Shown here piece by piece: positions 49,401-57,034 of a DNA stretch of 64,000 bases. The translations under genes were made by a program, and so were the position numbers. The DNA lies in contig NZ_JABEZU010000004.1 of assembly GCF_013149785.1 (NCBI RefSeq), positions 186,001-250,000 on the forward strand. Direction: 5' to 3'. The notes under the pieces were generated by a model. The model was given only the letters and a program-made list of their open reading frames with translations. It was not told the origin of the DNA and made no database searches. Position 1 is the stretch's first letter; the number at the start of each line of letters is the position of its first letter. Source of the stretch: Isoptericola halotolerans (GTDB lineage Bacteria > Actinomycetota > Actinomycetes > Actinomycetales > Cellulomonadaceae).

Positions 49401-51172
49401 CCCTGCCGCTCACCTACCAGTTCCAGCCCGGCACCGACGCCGACGGCGTCACCGTCCACGTCCCGCTGTCGATCCTCAACCGCGTGAGCCCCAGCGGGTT
49501 CGACTGGATGGTCCCCGGCCTGCTCGACGAGCTCTGCGTCGCCACCATCCGCTCGCTGCCCAAGACGGTGCGGCGCGAGCTCGTGCCCGCGCCCGACGTC
49601 GGTGCCGCCGTCGCCCGCTGGTTGCGCGAGAACACCCCGCAGTGGTCGGACATGGCCCGGGCCGGCGACATGGCCTCCCCGTTCCACGTCGAGTTCTCGC
49701 GCGCCGTGCGTGAGCTGCGCGACGTCGTCATCCCCGACGAGGTCTGGGACGCCGAGCGCGTCGAACGGCTGCCGGCTCACCTGCGCATGACGTTCCGGGT
49801 CGAAGAGCCCTCCGGTGCCGGCGCGTCGGGTGCGCCCGATGCCCCGGGCGACGGGCGGGGGCGCAAGGGCTCGAAGAAGAAGCGGTCGACGCGACCCGCT
49901 CCCGTCCCGCTCGACGAGTCCAAGGACCTGCTGTCGCTGCAGAAGCGGCTGGCCCCGCAGGCCGAGGCGGCCGTGCGGGCGGCCGTGAAGGGGGCGGTCG
50001 GGGTCGCGCTCGAGGAGGCGGCGCGGGCTGCTTCTGGTTCGGGGCCGGGCTCGGGGCCGTCGGGCGCGCAGGTCGGTGCGCCGCCTCGCTCACGGGCCCC
50101 GGGGGGCCCTCCGCTACGGCTTGACGGCGGCACACCGACCTCCGTGCCCGACGGCGGTGCGTCCGGTGCCGCTGGCGCATCCACTGACGCTGGGGTTGCG
50201 TCGAGCGGATCCGGCGCTGTGGTGGCGGAGGAGTCGGGGCTGACGGGGTGGCCCGCGTCGTTGGTCGGTGGGGTGCTGCCTCGGGTGGTGTCGACCGACC
50301 TCGGGGGCGGGGTCGTGGTGCAGGGGTATCCGGCGCTGGTCGAGGAGCCGGGCGCGAAGGGTGCGCCGTCGGTGGCGCTGCGCGTGCTCGCCGACGCGGC
50401 CGCGCAGGATGCGACCCACGAGGCCGGCGTGCGGCGGCTGCTGCTGTCCGAGACGGCGCTGGCGACCCCTCGCATCACCTCGCGGTGGACGTCCAAGCAG
50501 TCGCTGACGCTCGCGGCGGCGCCGTACCGGAACACCGAGGCGCTCGTCGCGGACCTTCAGCTGGCCGCGGTGGTGGCGCTGACCAGCCCGGACGGGGACA
50601 AGGCCCCCGGCACGCCGACCGGCGGACCGGTGGCTGTACAGGTACGGGACGCCGAGTCGTACAAGGAAGCCGTCGCGTTCGTGCGGCAGCACCTGGAGGA
50701 CGAGGTGCACCGCGTCGTGGGGCACGTCGTCGCCGCCCTCAGCGCGTGGCGCACCGTCGAGAACGAGGTGCGCTCGTCGTCGTCCCTCGCGCTGCTCAAC
50801 ACGCTGCAGGACATCCGCGACCACGTGGCCGGGCTGATCCACACCGGGTTCGTCTCGGCGACCCCGCCGCGCCGGGTGCCGCACCTCGTGCGCTACCTGC
50901 GGGCGGCGTCGTACCGGCTGGAGAAGGCACAGTCGAACCCGCACCGCGATGCCGAGCTCGCCTGGAAGGTGCACGACGTCGCCGACGCGTACGAGCGGGC
51001 CCGGACCGCGTACGCGTCCGGTGCGGCCGACCCGGCGCGCGCCGCCGAGCTCGCCGAGGTGCGCTGGCTGCTCGAGGAGCTGCGCGTGTCGTTGTTCGCC
51101 CAGCAGCTCGGCACCGACGGCGCCGTCAGCGAGAAGCGGATCCGCAAGATCCTGACCCCCGGCGGCTGGTGA
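46469..51172 (+). CDS. hrpA: ATP-dependent RNA helicase HrpA
   Basis: GETGSGKTTQLPK, HTQPRR, DEAH, SAT, STNVAETSLT, QRSGRSGR; C-terminal EELRVSLFAQQLGT..VSEKRI. Confidence 0.96.
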   Translation: MSTETSSTPQPADDGGARGDRRDRRGGEQHAGKDGARRRRGRGGGGKSSQSRNGRGPARVSRDQLDRAAAARAAVVVPDITYPEQLPVSARREDIAAAIEKHQVVVVAGETGSGKTTQLPKILLDLGRGRAGQIGHTQPRRIAARSVAERVAEELGTELGGVVGYQVRFTDTSSADTLVKVMTDGILLAQIQRDPELLAYDTIIIDEAHERSLNIDFLLGYLSRLLPRRPDLKLIVTSATIDSERFAAHFSPAHLAEVGGAPAAVVDVLPDHAPVIEVTGRTYPVEIRYRPLSPDSDPDAPAKKKGEEKDLVTGIVEACDELMREGPGDILVFLSGEREIHDAADALEGHLKERARDPKHPQHVEILPLYSRLSAAEQHRVFQQHSSRRIVLSTNVAETSLTVPGIHYVVDPGTARISRYSKATKVQRLPIEPVSQASANQRSGRSGRVADGVAIRLYAEDDFESRPEFTEPEILRTSLASVLLQMISVGVVETPDDVAKFPFVEPPDTRAVRDGVQLLTELGALARPQRDGSATQTRLTDVGRTLAQLPMDPRLARMIIEGSRRGVAREVSIIAAALSIQDPRERPAEAREQADQQHARFRDPSSDFLAYLNLWEYLREQQHAMGSSAFRRLCKSEYINFLRVREWQDVVAQIRQMGKPLGIDLSYQPTTGGPSAAGSGAPPSSRSGGPPGARERGSAPDPAADDHRQEWDGDTIHRSLLAGLLSQLGMQETNEVKASSVAHLRGEARARALRQAAKRARNEYLGARGARFAIFPGSPLSKKPPAWIMAGELVETSRLWARDVARIQPEWAEELAGGLARRTYADPHWSTKQGAAMATEKVLLYGVPIVADRPVLFAKVDPEAAREMFVRHALVEGKWTTHHRFFAENRRLLAEAEELEARSRQRGLMASEDDLFAFYDERVPASVVSARHFDTWWKKAQHDDPDLLTLTLDQLVDSADTAALPEMFPETWTQGEITLPLTYQFQPGTDADGVTVHVPLSILNRVSPSGFDWMVPGLLDELCVATIRSLPKTVRRELVPAPDVGAAVARWLRENTPQWSDMARAGDMASPFHVEFSRAVRELRDVVIPDEVWDAERVERLPAHLRMTFRVEEPSGAGASGAPDAPGDGRGRKGSKKKRSTRPAPVPLDESKDLLSLQKRLAPQAEAAVRAAVKGAVGVALEEAARAASGSGPGSGPSGAQVGAPPRSRAPGGPPLRLDGGTPTSVPDGGASGAAGASTDAGVASSGSGAVVAEESGLTGWPASLVGGVLPRVVSTDLGGGVVVQGYPALVEEPGAKGAPSVALRVLADAAAQDATHEAGVRRLLLSETALATPRITSRWTSKQSLTLAAAPYRNTEALVADLQLAAVVALTSPDGDKAPGTPTGGPVAVQVRDAESYKEAVAFVRQHLEDEVHRVVGHVVAALSAWRTVENEVRSSSSLALLNTLQDIRDHVAGLIHTGFVSATPPRRVPHLVRYLRAASYRLEKAQSNPHRDAELAWKVHDVADAYERARTAYASGAADPARAAELAEVRWLLEELRVSLFAQQLGTDGAVSEKRIRKILTPGGW
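48489..48584. repeat. In-frame 96-bp hairpin element in hrpA (copy 1)
   Basis: 24-bp perfect IR 48489-48512 / 48561-48584; core 48505-48568 is the reverse complement of 50074-50137 (60/64). Confidence 0.88.
50056..50155. repeat. Hairpin element in hrpA (copy 2, opposite orientation)
   Basis: 29-bp IR with 3 mismatches 50056-50084 / 50127-50155 around the same core. Confidence 0.88.
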
Positions 51173-51204
51173 ACGGGATCCCCCGCTCCGATCGGCAGCT
51201 TCGA

Positions 51205-51236
51205 CTCCGGTCGGTCGCTCGAGTGACCGACCGGAG
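51205..51236. repeat. 32-bp near-perfect palindrome, likely also the hrpA terminator
   Basis: CTCCGGTCGGTCGCTC|GAGTGACCGACCGGAG, one mismatch. Confidence 0.8.
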
Positions 51237-51257
51237 CTGGACGTGCCGAGCAGTCGT

Positions 51258-51920
51258 CTACCCAGCGGGCTCCAGCTCGCGCGGGGGCACGACCGCGGCG
51301 TCACGGACCACCCGGTCGCCCAGCGGCGCCTCCAGCTCGACGACGAACGGCGTCGGCGGGTTGGACGGGCACGTGAAGTTACCCTCTTGCAGCGTGACAC
51401 CGATGACCAGGTCGATCGCATCATCGGTCGCCGCCAGCCTGTCGAGCACGATGCGTCCCTCGGCGTCCTGACCGCTGTTGCACGCGCGCTCGGTGACCAG
51501 CAGGTGGATCTCGGTCGCGGCAGGATCGAGCGGGTGGTCGGGATCCAGGGTGAGGTCCGCCTGACCGTACGCATCGGTCGGTTCCGCCGGCCCGGAGCGC
51601 AGCGCACAGCTGTTCGCCGAGGTCAGCATCCATCGTGGGCCGTCGACCCTCTCGATCGTGAGGAACTCGTGGGTACGGACGTCGCCGCCGCCGAGATCCT
51701 CCGGCTCGTCCAGCTCGCGCAGCAGCGCGACACGCTCCGGGGACTCCGTGACGATCGCCCACTCGGCGGGGTCGATCGGCGGGACCTCCGCGCCGTCCAG
51801 CGCGGCCCTGGCCTCGTCCCTCAGGTCGATCGCGGTCCGGAGGTCATCGATCGACTCGACCACGCCGGGCGGGACGGGCTCGCCGTCGCAGGTGAGCTCC
51901 TCGAACCGGTCCGCAGGCAC
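51258..51920 (-). CDS. Hypothetical protein resembling secreted Cys-paired actinobacterial proteins; possibly 5'-truncated
   Basis: LLVTERACNSGQDAEGRI, TCPSNP..VELEAPLGDRVV; no signal peptide or RBS seen. Confidence 0.6.
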   Translation of the reverse strand: MPADRFEELTCDGEPVPPGVVESIDDLRTAIDLRDEARAALDGAEVPPIDPAEWAIVTESPERVALLRELDEPEDLGGGDVRTHEFLTIERVDGPRWMLTSANSCALRSGPAEPTDAYGQADLTLDPDHPLDPAATEIHLLVTERACNSGQDAEGRIVLDRLAATDDAIDLVIGVTLQEGNFTCPSNPPTPFVVELEAPLGDRVVRDAAVVPPRELEPAG

Positions 51921-51978
51921 GGTGGGTCCTGGCGCTGCCGGCGCCTTGCGCGCTTCCCCAGACCGGTCAGATCGTCAC

Positions 51979-52022
51979 TTCGTGTTCTGACCGGCAGTCC
52001 GGACTGCCGGTCAGAACACGAA
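51979..52022. repeat. 44-bp perfect loop-less palindrome
   Basis: TTCGTGTTCTGACCGGCAGTCC|GGACTGCCGGTCAGAACACGAA. Confidence 0.9.
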
Positions 52023-52073
52023 CTGCCGGAGTGATCCGCGCGGGGAGGCCGTCTCAGGGTGACCCAGGGTCGG

Positions 52074-52119
52074 ATCCGGGGGTCACCGGATACCGGGCCG
52101 CCGCCGTCGTGCCTACTGT
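52074..52119 (+). promoter_or_regulatory. Imperfect palindrome ATCCGGG-GGTC-ACCGGAT plus -10-like TACTGT
   Basis: Matches the layout at 2762-2806; -10 lies 6 nt before the pspC ATG. Confidence 0.5.
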
Positions 52120-52125
52120 CGAAGC

Positions 52126-52353
52126 ATGAGCACTCCCCAGACCACACCGCGTCCCCAGAAGCTGTACCGACCCGGCAACGGCCGTGTGTTCGGCGGCGTG
52201 TGCGCCGGGATCGCCGACTACTTCGGGTGGAGCCGCGGACTCGTGCGCCTCCTCACGGCGCTGTCGGTCCTCATCCCCGGGCCGCAGGTCCTCGCGTACA
52301 TCGTCTTCTGGATCCTCATGCCCGACGAGCGCAAGGCCTACGGCCACGCCTGA
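52126..52353 (+). CDS. PspC domain protein
   Basis: KLYRP..GRVFGGVCAGIADYFG..VRLL..YIVFWILMP. Confidence 0.92.
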   Translation: MSTPQTTPRPQKLYRPGNGRVFGGVCAGIADYFGWSRGLVRLLTALSVLIPGPQVLAYIVFWILMPDERKAYGHA

Positions 52354-52361
52354 GGAACGCC

Positions 52362-53180
52362 TCAGCGGATCTCGGTGGGCGGGACCGCGTCCATGTCGGT
52401 GAAGTCCTGGTTCTCCCCCGCCATCGCCCACACGAACGCGTACGACGACGTCCCCACGCCCGAGTGCACCGACCAGCTCGGCGAGATGATCGCCTGGCGG
52501 TCCGCGACCACCAGGTGGCGCGTCTCGGTCGGCTCGCCGCACAGGTGCAGCACGCGCGCGTCCGCGTCGAGGTCGAAGTACAGGTAGCACTCGGTGCGGC
52601 GGTCGTGGGTGTGCGCGGGCATCGTGTTCCACATGGAACCGTCGTGCAGGCGCGTGACCCCCATGACCACCTGGCAGGACTGCACACCGTTGGCGTGGAC
52701 GACCTGCTCCAGCGAGCGCCGGTTCGAGGTGACCTGGTCACCGAGCTCGAGGGTGTTCCCCTCGCCCGGCAGCGTCAGCACGGTCGGGTACGAGGTGTGC
52801 GCCGGCGCGCTGAACAGGTAGAACGCCGCGCCCTCGCCCGAGAACGACACGTCGCGCGTCCCGCTGCCGATGTACAGCACGGCGCAGTTCGGCAGCTCGT
52901 AGGTCTCGCCGTCGGCGGTCACGGTGCCCGTGGAGCCGACGTTGACGATCCCCACCTCGCGCCGCTGCAGGAAGTACTCCGCGCGCAGCTCGTCGGGGTT
53001 CGGCAGCGCGACCGGCTCGCCCGCCGGCAGCACGCCGCCGAGCACGATGCGGTCGTGGTGCGTGTAGACGGTCCGTGCCTCTCCGGGCACGAACAGGTCC
53101 TCCACGAGGAACTTGTCGCGCAGGCCCTGGGTCGTCAGGCCGGGGATCTCGGTGGGGTTGGTGGCGTAACGCTGGTCCAT
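52362..53180 (-). CDS. kduI: 5-dehydro-4-deoxy-D-glucuronate isomerase
   Basis: YTHHDR, YFLQRREVG, WNTMPAHTHDRRTE, SPSWSVHSGVGT, WAMAGENQ. Confidence 0.95.
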   Translation of the reverse strand: MDQRYATNPTEIPGLTTQGLRDKFLVEDLFVPGEARTVYTHHDRIVLGGVLPAGEPVALPNPDELRAEYFLQRREVGIVNVGSTGTVTADGETYELPNCAVLYIGSGTRDVSFSGEGAAFYLFSAPAHTSYPTVLTLPGEGNTLELGDQVTSNRRSLEQVVHANGVQSCQVVMGVTRLHDGSMWNTMPAHTHDRRTECYLYFDLDADARVLHLCGEPTETRHLVVADRQAIISPSWSVHSGVGTSSYAFVWAMAGENQDFTDMDAVPPTEIR

Positions 53181-53204
53181 GGGTGATGCTCCTTCGGTCG
53201 GTTC

Positions 53205-53969
53205 TCAGCGCACGAGCCAGCCGCCGTCGACAGGGACGACGGCGCCGTGCACGTAGGCGGAGGCGGGCGAGGCGAGGTAGACGAAGATCCCGGCGAGGTC
53301 CTCGGGGGTGCCCCACCGGCCGGCGGGGATGCGCGCCGAGATCGACTGCTCGCGCGCCTCGTCCGCCCGGATCGGTGCGGTGTTGTCGGTGGCCATGTAG
53401 CCGGGCGCGACGGCGTTGACGTTGACGCCACGGCCCGCCCACTCGTTGGCGAGCGCCTTGGTCAGGCCGACGACGGCGTGCTTGGACGCCGCGTAGCCCG
53501 GCACGAGGATCCCGCCCTGGAAGGACAGCATCGAGGCGACGTTGATGATCCTCCCGGTCCCCCGCTCCAGCATCCCGCGACCCACGGCCCGTGAGAGGTG
53601 GAAGACGGCGTCGAGGTTGACGGCCAGCACGGTGTCCCAGTCCTCGGCCGGGTGCTCGGCGGCCGGGGCGCGCCGGATCGTGCCCGCGTTGTTGACGAGC
53701 ACGTCCACCGGCCCCAGGGCACCCTCGACCTCGGCGACCGCCGCGTCGAGCTCGGCGGGAGTCGCGGTGGCCAGGTCCCGCCGCACGCTGAACGCCCGCC
53801 GGCCGAGGGCCTCGACGGCGGCGATCGTGTCGGTCGGCTCGCTGCGGTCCAGCAGTGCCACGTCGGCACCCGCCTCGGCGAGCGCCACGGCAGCGCCCTG
53901 CCCGAGGCCGCGGCTGGTGCCGGTGACCAGGGCGACCTTCCCGTCGAGCCGGAACTGGTCCAGGATCAT
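53205..53969 (-). CDS. kduD: 2-dehydro-3-deoxy-D-gluconate 5-dehydrogenase
   Basis: SDR motifs TGTSRGLG, NNAGTIRR, ASMLSFQGG, YAASK, APGYMATDNT; adjacent to kduI. Confidence 0.92.
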   Translation of the reverse strand: MILDQFRLDGKVALVTGTSRGLGQGAAVALAEAGADVALLDRSEPTDTIAAVEALGRRAFSVRRDLATATPAELDAAVAEVEGALGPVDVLVNNAGTIRRAPAAEHPAEDWDTVLAVNLDAVFHLSRAVGRGMLERGTGRIINVASMLSFQGGILVPGYAASKHAVVGLTKALANEWAGRGVNVNAVAPGYMATDNTAPIRADEAREQSISARIPAGRWGTPEDLAGIFVYLASPASAYVHGAVVPVDGGWLVR

Positions 53970-55231
53970 GCGCTCTCTCCGTCCGTGCCGCCGTCGGCCG
54001 TGGTGGTGGGCCACCACGGCGAGACCCAGCCGGGCAGCGTGAGGCGGGTCAGCGCCTCGAGGTAGTAGTAGTCGCCCCACAGGCAGCCCTCGTCGACGCC
54101 CTTGCCCTTGGGGGCGTCGTAGACGGCGTGCAGCAGCAGCGCGTCCGAGTCGGCAGCGTCGGCCGGGGTGTACCCGGTCACGAGCGCGTCGAGCATCGCC
54201 CGGCCGGCCGCCTCGTAGCGCGCCGCCCGCGCGGCGTCGGACGACACCGAGGCGAGCTCGAGCAGCCCGCACGCCGCGATCGCTCCGGCCGAGGAGTCCC
54301 GCGGGGCGTCGGAGCCGTCGGTGTACACGAGGTCCCAGAAGGGCACGCCGTCGGCCGGCAGGTGGTCGAGGAGGTAGCCGGCGCAGCGCTCGGCGGCGCG
54401 CAACGACTCCGGGTCGCCGGAGGTGCGGTGGTGCAGCGCGAACCCGTAGATGCCCCACGCCTGGCCGCGGGCCCAGCAGGACTCGTCCCCGGCGCCCTGC
54501 TCGGTGCCGCCCCGCAGCGGCTCGCCCGACTCCGGGTCCCAGTAGAAGGTGTGGAAGGTCGAGTCGTCGTCGCGCAGCAGGTGGGTGCGCACCTGGACGA
54601 CGTGCCGGGCGACGACGTCGGCGTACCGCGGGTCCCCGGTGGTCTCGGTGGCCCAGGTGAGCAGCGGCATGTTCATGAGGCTGTCGACGATGGTGCGGCC
54701 GCGCTGCGCGGGGTCCGACAGGTCGCCCCACGCCTGGATGATCCCGGCCGACGGCAGGAACCGTGTCATGAGGTGGTCGGCCGCGGCGAGCGCGGCGTCC
54801 CGTGCCGGTTCGTCACCGGCCAGCCGCCACGCGTTGACGCAGGACAGCGTGTACAGGAACCCGAGGTCGTGGGTGTCGAGGTCCTCGCCGGCGTGCACCC
54901 GGCGGGCGAAGTCGGCGGCGTGCGCGAGGGCCGCGGCCCGCAGCTCGGCGTCGCCGGTGAGCTCGACGGACAGCCACTGCATCCCCGGCCAGAAGCTCGT
55001 GGTCCAGTCGCGGTTGGCGCCCTCGGCGAACTCCGCGGTGGCGGGGCGCAACGGGTAGCGGTCGTCCCGCGTCGTGGAGTCGGGGTACAGCGCGCCGAAG
55101 GCGGCGGCGTTGCGCCGGACGGTCTTCACGGCAGCGTCGACGGCGGCGGCGAGGGTCTCGTCGCCGGGGCCTGCCGAGGAGACGGCGGGCTCGGCCGGGT
55201 CGGCCGGGTCACGGACGTCGATGGTGGGCAT
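53966..55231 (-). CDS. GH88 unsaturated glucuronyl hydrolase
   Basis: WTTSFWPG, HDLGFLY, IQAW, IVDSLMN, WARGQAWGIYG, DSSA, WGDYYYLE. Confidence 0.92.
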   Translation of the reverse strand: MPTIDVRDPADPAEPAVSSAGPGDETLAAAVDAAVKTVRRNAAAFGALYPDSTTRDDRYPLRPATAEFAEGANRDWTTSFWPGMQWLSVELTGDAELRAAALAHAADFARRVHAGEDLDTHDLGFLYTLSCVNAWRLAGDEPARDAALAAADHLMTRFLPSAGIIQAWGDLSDPAQRGRTIVDSLMNMPLLTWATETTGDPRYADVVARHVVQVRTHLLRDDDSTFHTFYWDPESGEPLRGGTEQGAGDESCWARGQAWGIYGFALHHRTSGDPESLRAAERCAGYLLDHLPADGVPFWDLVYTDGSDAPRDSSAGAIAACGLLELASVSSDAARAARYEAAGRAMLDALVTGYTPADAADSDALLLHAVYDAPKGKGVDEGCLWGDYYYLEALTRLTLPGWVSPWWPTTTADGGTDGESA

Positions 55232-55273
55232 GGGTGGATCTCGCTTTCCGGCGTCGGGAGCCGTCGTGATGGT

Positions 55274-55987
55274 TCAGGAGGCGGGGGCCGGTGGCGTCAC
55301 GGCGCGCAGCTGGGCCCGCAGCGCGTAGCGGTGGCTGCCCCACACCGCGAAGAGCAGCGGGGCGGCCGTCACACCGAGCCCGATGGCGGGGCGGGCGACG
55401 ACGACGCCGGCGAGCAGGCCGAGCACCGCCAGCGCGGCCGCGCTGACGTACCACCGGCGCACGGCGACGAACAGGCTGACGCGCAGCAGGTCGCGCAGCC
55501 GGGTGCCGGGCAGCTCCGGGACCGCCACGAGCGCCACGACGGCCGTGGCGACGGCCAGGACGAGCAGCGTGACGAACACCGGGATGGCGAGCGCGCCGAT
55601 GCGAGCACCCCAGACCGCAGCGACGTCCACCACCAGCACGACGACGACGGCGCTCGTCAGGGCACCGACCGCCAGGGAGCGGCGCAGGTGGTGCCGGTAC
55701 GCCCGCGCGAAGGTGCGGACCGCCGTCGTCGACCCGTCGGCGGAGTGGGCGCCGAAGACGGCGAACGCGGCCACCAGGGCGGGTGCGGCGACGGGCGCGA
55801 CCACCGCGAGGGCGGGCCACGACGTCGCCGGGTCGGTGGTCATCAGCAGGACCAGCAGGGGCAGGGTCGCCACCACCAGCAGGAGGTTCGTGGCCAGGCC
55901 GACGTAGACGAGGCCGAAGATCGACTCGTACGTCTCCGAGCCGACGCCCTTGCGGGGCGCCCCGGCGCGGGGGCTCCTCGCGCTCAT
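55274..55987 (-). CDS. YesL/DUF624-like membrane protein of sugar ABC operons
   Basis: About 6 TM segments; starts at the third ATGA of the 89-bp repeat. Confidence 0.7.
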   Translation of the reverse strand: MSARSPRAGAPRKGVGSETYESIFGLVYVGLATNLLLVVATLPLLVLLMTTDPATSWPALAVVAPVAAPALVAAFAVFGAHSADGSTTAVRTFARAYRHHLRRSLAVGALTSAVVVVLVVDVAAVWGARIGALAIPVFVTLLVLAVATAVVALVAVPELPGTRLRDLLRVSLFVAVRRWYVSAAALAVLGLLAGVVVARPAIGLGVTAAPLLFAVWGSHRYALRAQLRAVTPPAPAS

Positions 55988-56167
55988 CCTGCGCTCCCCT
56001 GTCCGAGCACTGCGGTGCCTCGCACCGGATGCACCTCGTTCCTCGGCGCCCCGGCGCGGGGGCTCCTCGCGCTCATCCTGCACTCCCCTGTCCGAGCACT
56101 GCGGTGCCTCGCACCGGATGCACCTCGTTCCTCGGCGCCCCGGCGCGGGGGCTCCTCGCGCTCATCC
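55956..56167 (-). repeat. 89-bp tandem repeat (about 2.4 copies), MIRU-like, encoding two ATGA-coupled 30-aa mini-ORFs
   Basis: Units start at 55956, 56045 and 56134; full units 88/89 identical; mini-ORFs 56073-56165 and 55984-56076. Confidence 0.92.
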
Positions 56168-57034
56168 CTTGACCCCCGTCGTGGCGATGCCCTCGACGAA
56201 GAAGCGCTGGCCCAGCAGGAAGATCACGGCCACGGGGATGATGGACAGCACCGAGCCGGTCATGATCAGCGCGTGCTCGGCGTCGTACTGGCCGATGAAG
56301 GTCTGCAGCCCGAGCTGGATGGTCCGCAGCTCCGGGCTGCGCAGGTAGATGAGCGGGCCCAGGTAGTCGTTCCACGTGTTGACGAAGGTCAGCAGCGTGA
56401 GGCTGGCGATCGCCGGCACGGACAGCGGCATGATGATCCGCCACCAGATGCCGTACTCGCTCATCCCGTCGATCCGGGCCGCCTCGCTCAGCGACTCGGG
56501 GATCGAGACGAAGTACTGGCGCATGAGGAACACCGCGAAGGCGCCGAACGCCTGCAGGGCGATGATCGCCCAGAGCGTGTTGTTCAGGCCGATGTTCGAC
56601 ATGATGATGAACTGCGGGATCATGAACGCCTGCCACGGCACGGCCATGGTGCCGACGTAGGCCAGGAACAGCACGTCCCGCCCCGGGAACACGACCTTGG
56701 AGAACCCGTAGGCGGCGAAGCTGCCGGTGAGCACCTGCAGGAACGTGACCGTCACCGACAGGATGAGGGTGTTCTGCAGCCACGTCGACATGTCGGACGC
56801 CGTCCAGATGTCGAGGTAGTTCCGCCAGACCACGGGGTCGGGGATCCACTGGACCGGGATGGTGAACACCTGGTTGTTCGTCTTGAGCGACGAGATGATC
56901 ATCCACACGAACGGCATCATGATGAGCGCCGCGGCGACGATGAGCGCGCCGTACCCGAGGACCTTCTTGACCGGGTCGGAGAGCTTGCGCGGCGGTCGGC
57001 GGTACCCCACCGCCGGGGTGACGTCCGTGGCCAT
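56162..57034 (-). CDS. Carbohydrate ABC permease
   Basis: SEAARIDGMS; WNDYLGPLIY. Confidence 0.95.
   Translation of the reverse strand: MATDVTPAVGYRRPPRKLSDPVKKVLGYGALIVAAALIMMPFVWMIISSLKTNNQVFTIPVQWIPDPVVWRNYLDIWTASDMSTWLQNTLILSVTVTFLQVLTGSFAAYGFSKVVFPGRDVLFLAYVGTMAVPWQAFMIPQFIIMSNIGLNNTLWAIIALQAFGAFAVFLMRQYFVSIPESLSEAARIDGMSEYGIWWRIIMPLSVPAIASLTLLTFVNTWNDYLGPLIYLRSPELRTIQLGLQTFIGQYDAEHALIMTGSVLSIIPVAVIFLLGQRFFVEGIATTGVKG

Noticed and set aside
49805..49910. Third low-complexity insertion in hrpA as another element copy
   Set aside because: No similarity to the 64-bp core and only weak pairing
55956..56167. CRISPR interpretation (34-bp repeat three times with 55-bp spacers)
   Set aside because: The two spacers are near-identical, so this is a tandem repeat; no cas genes in the window
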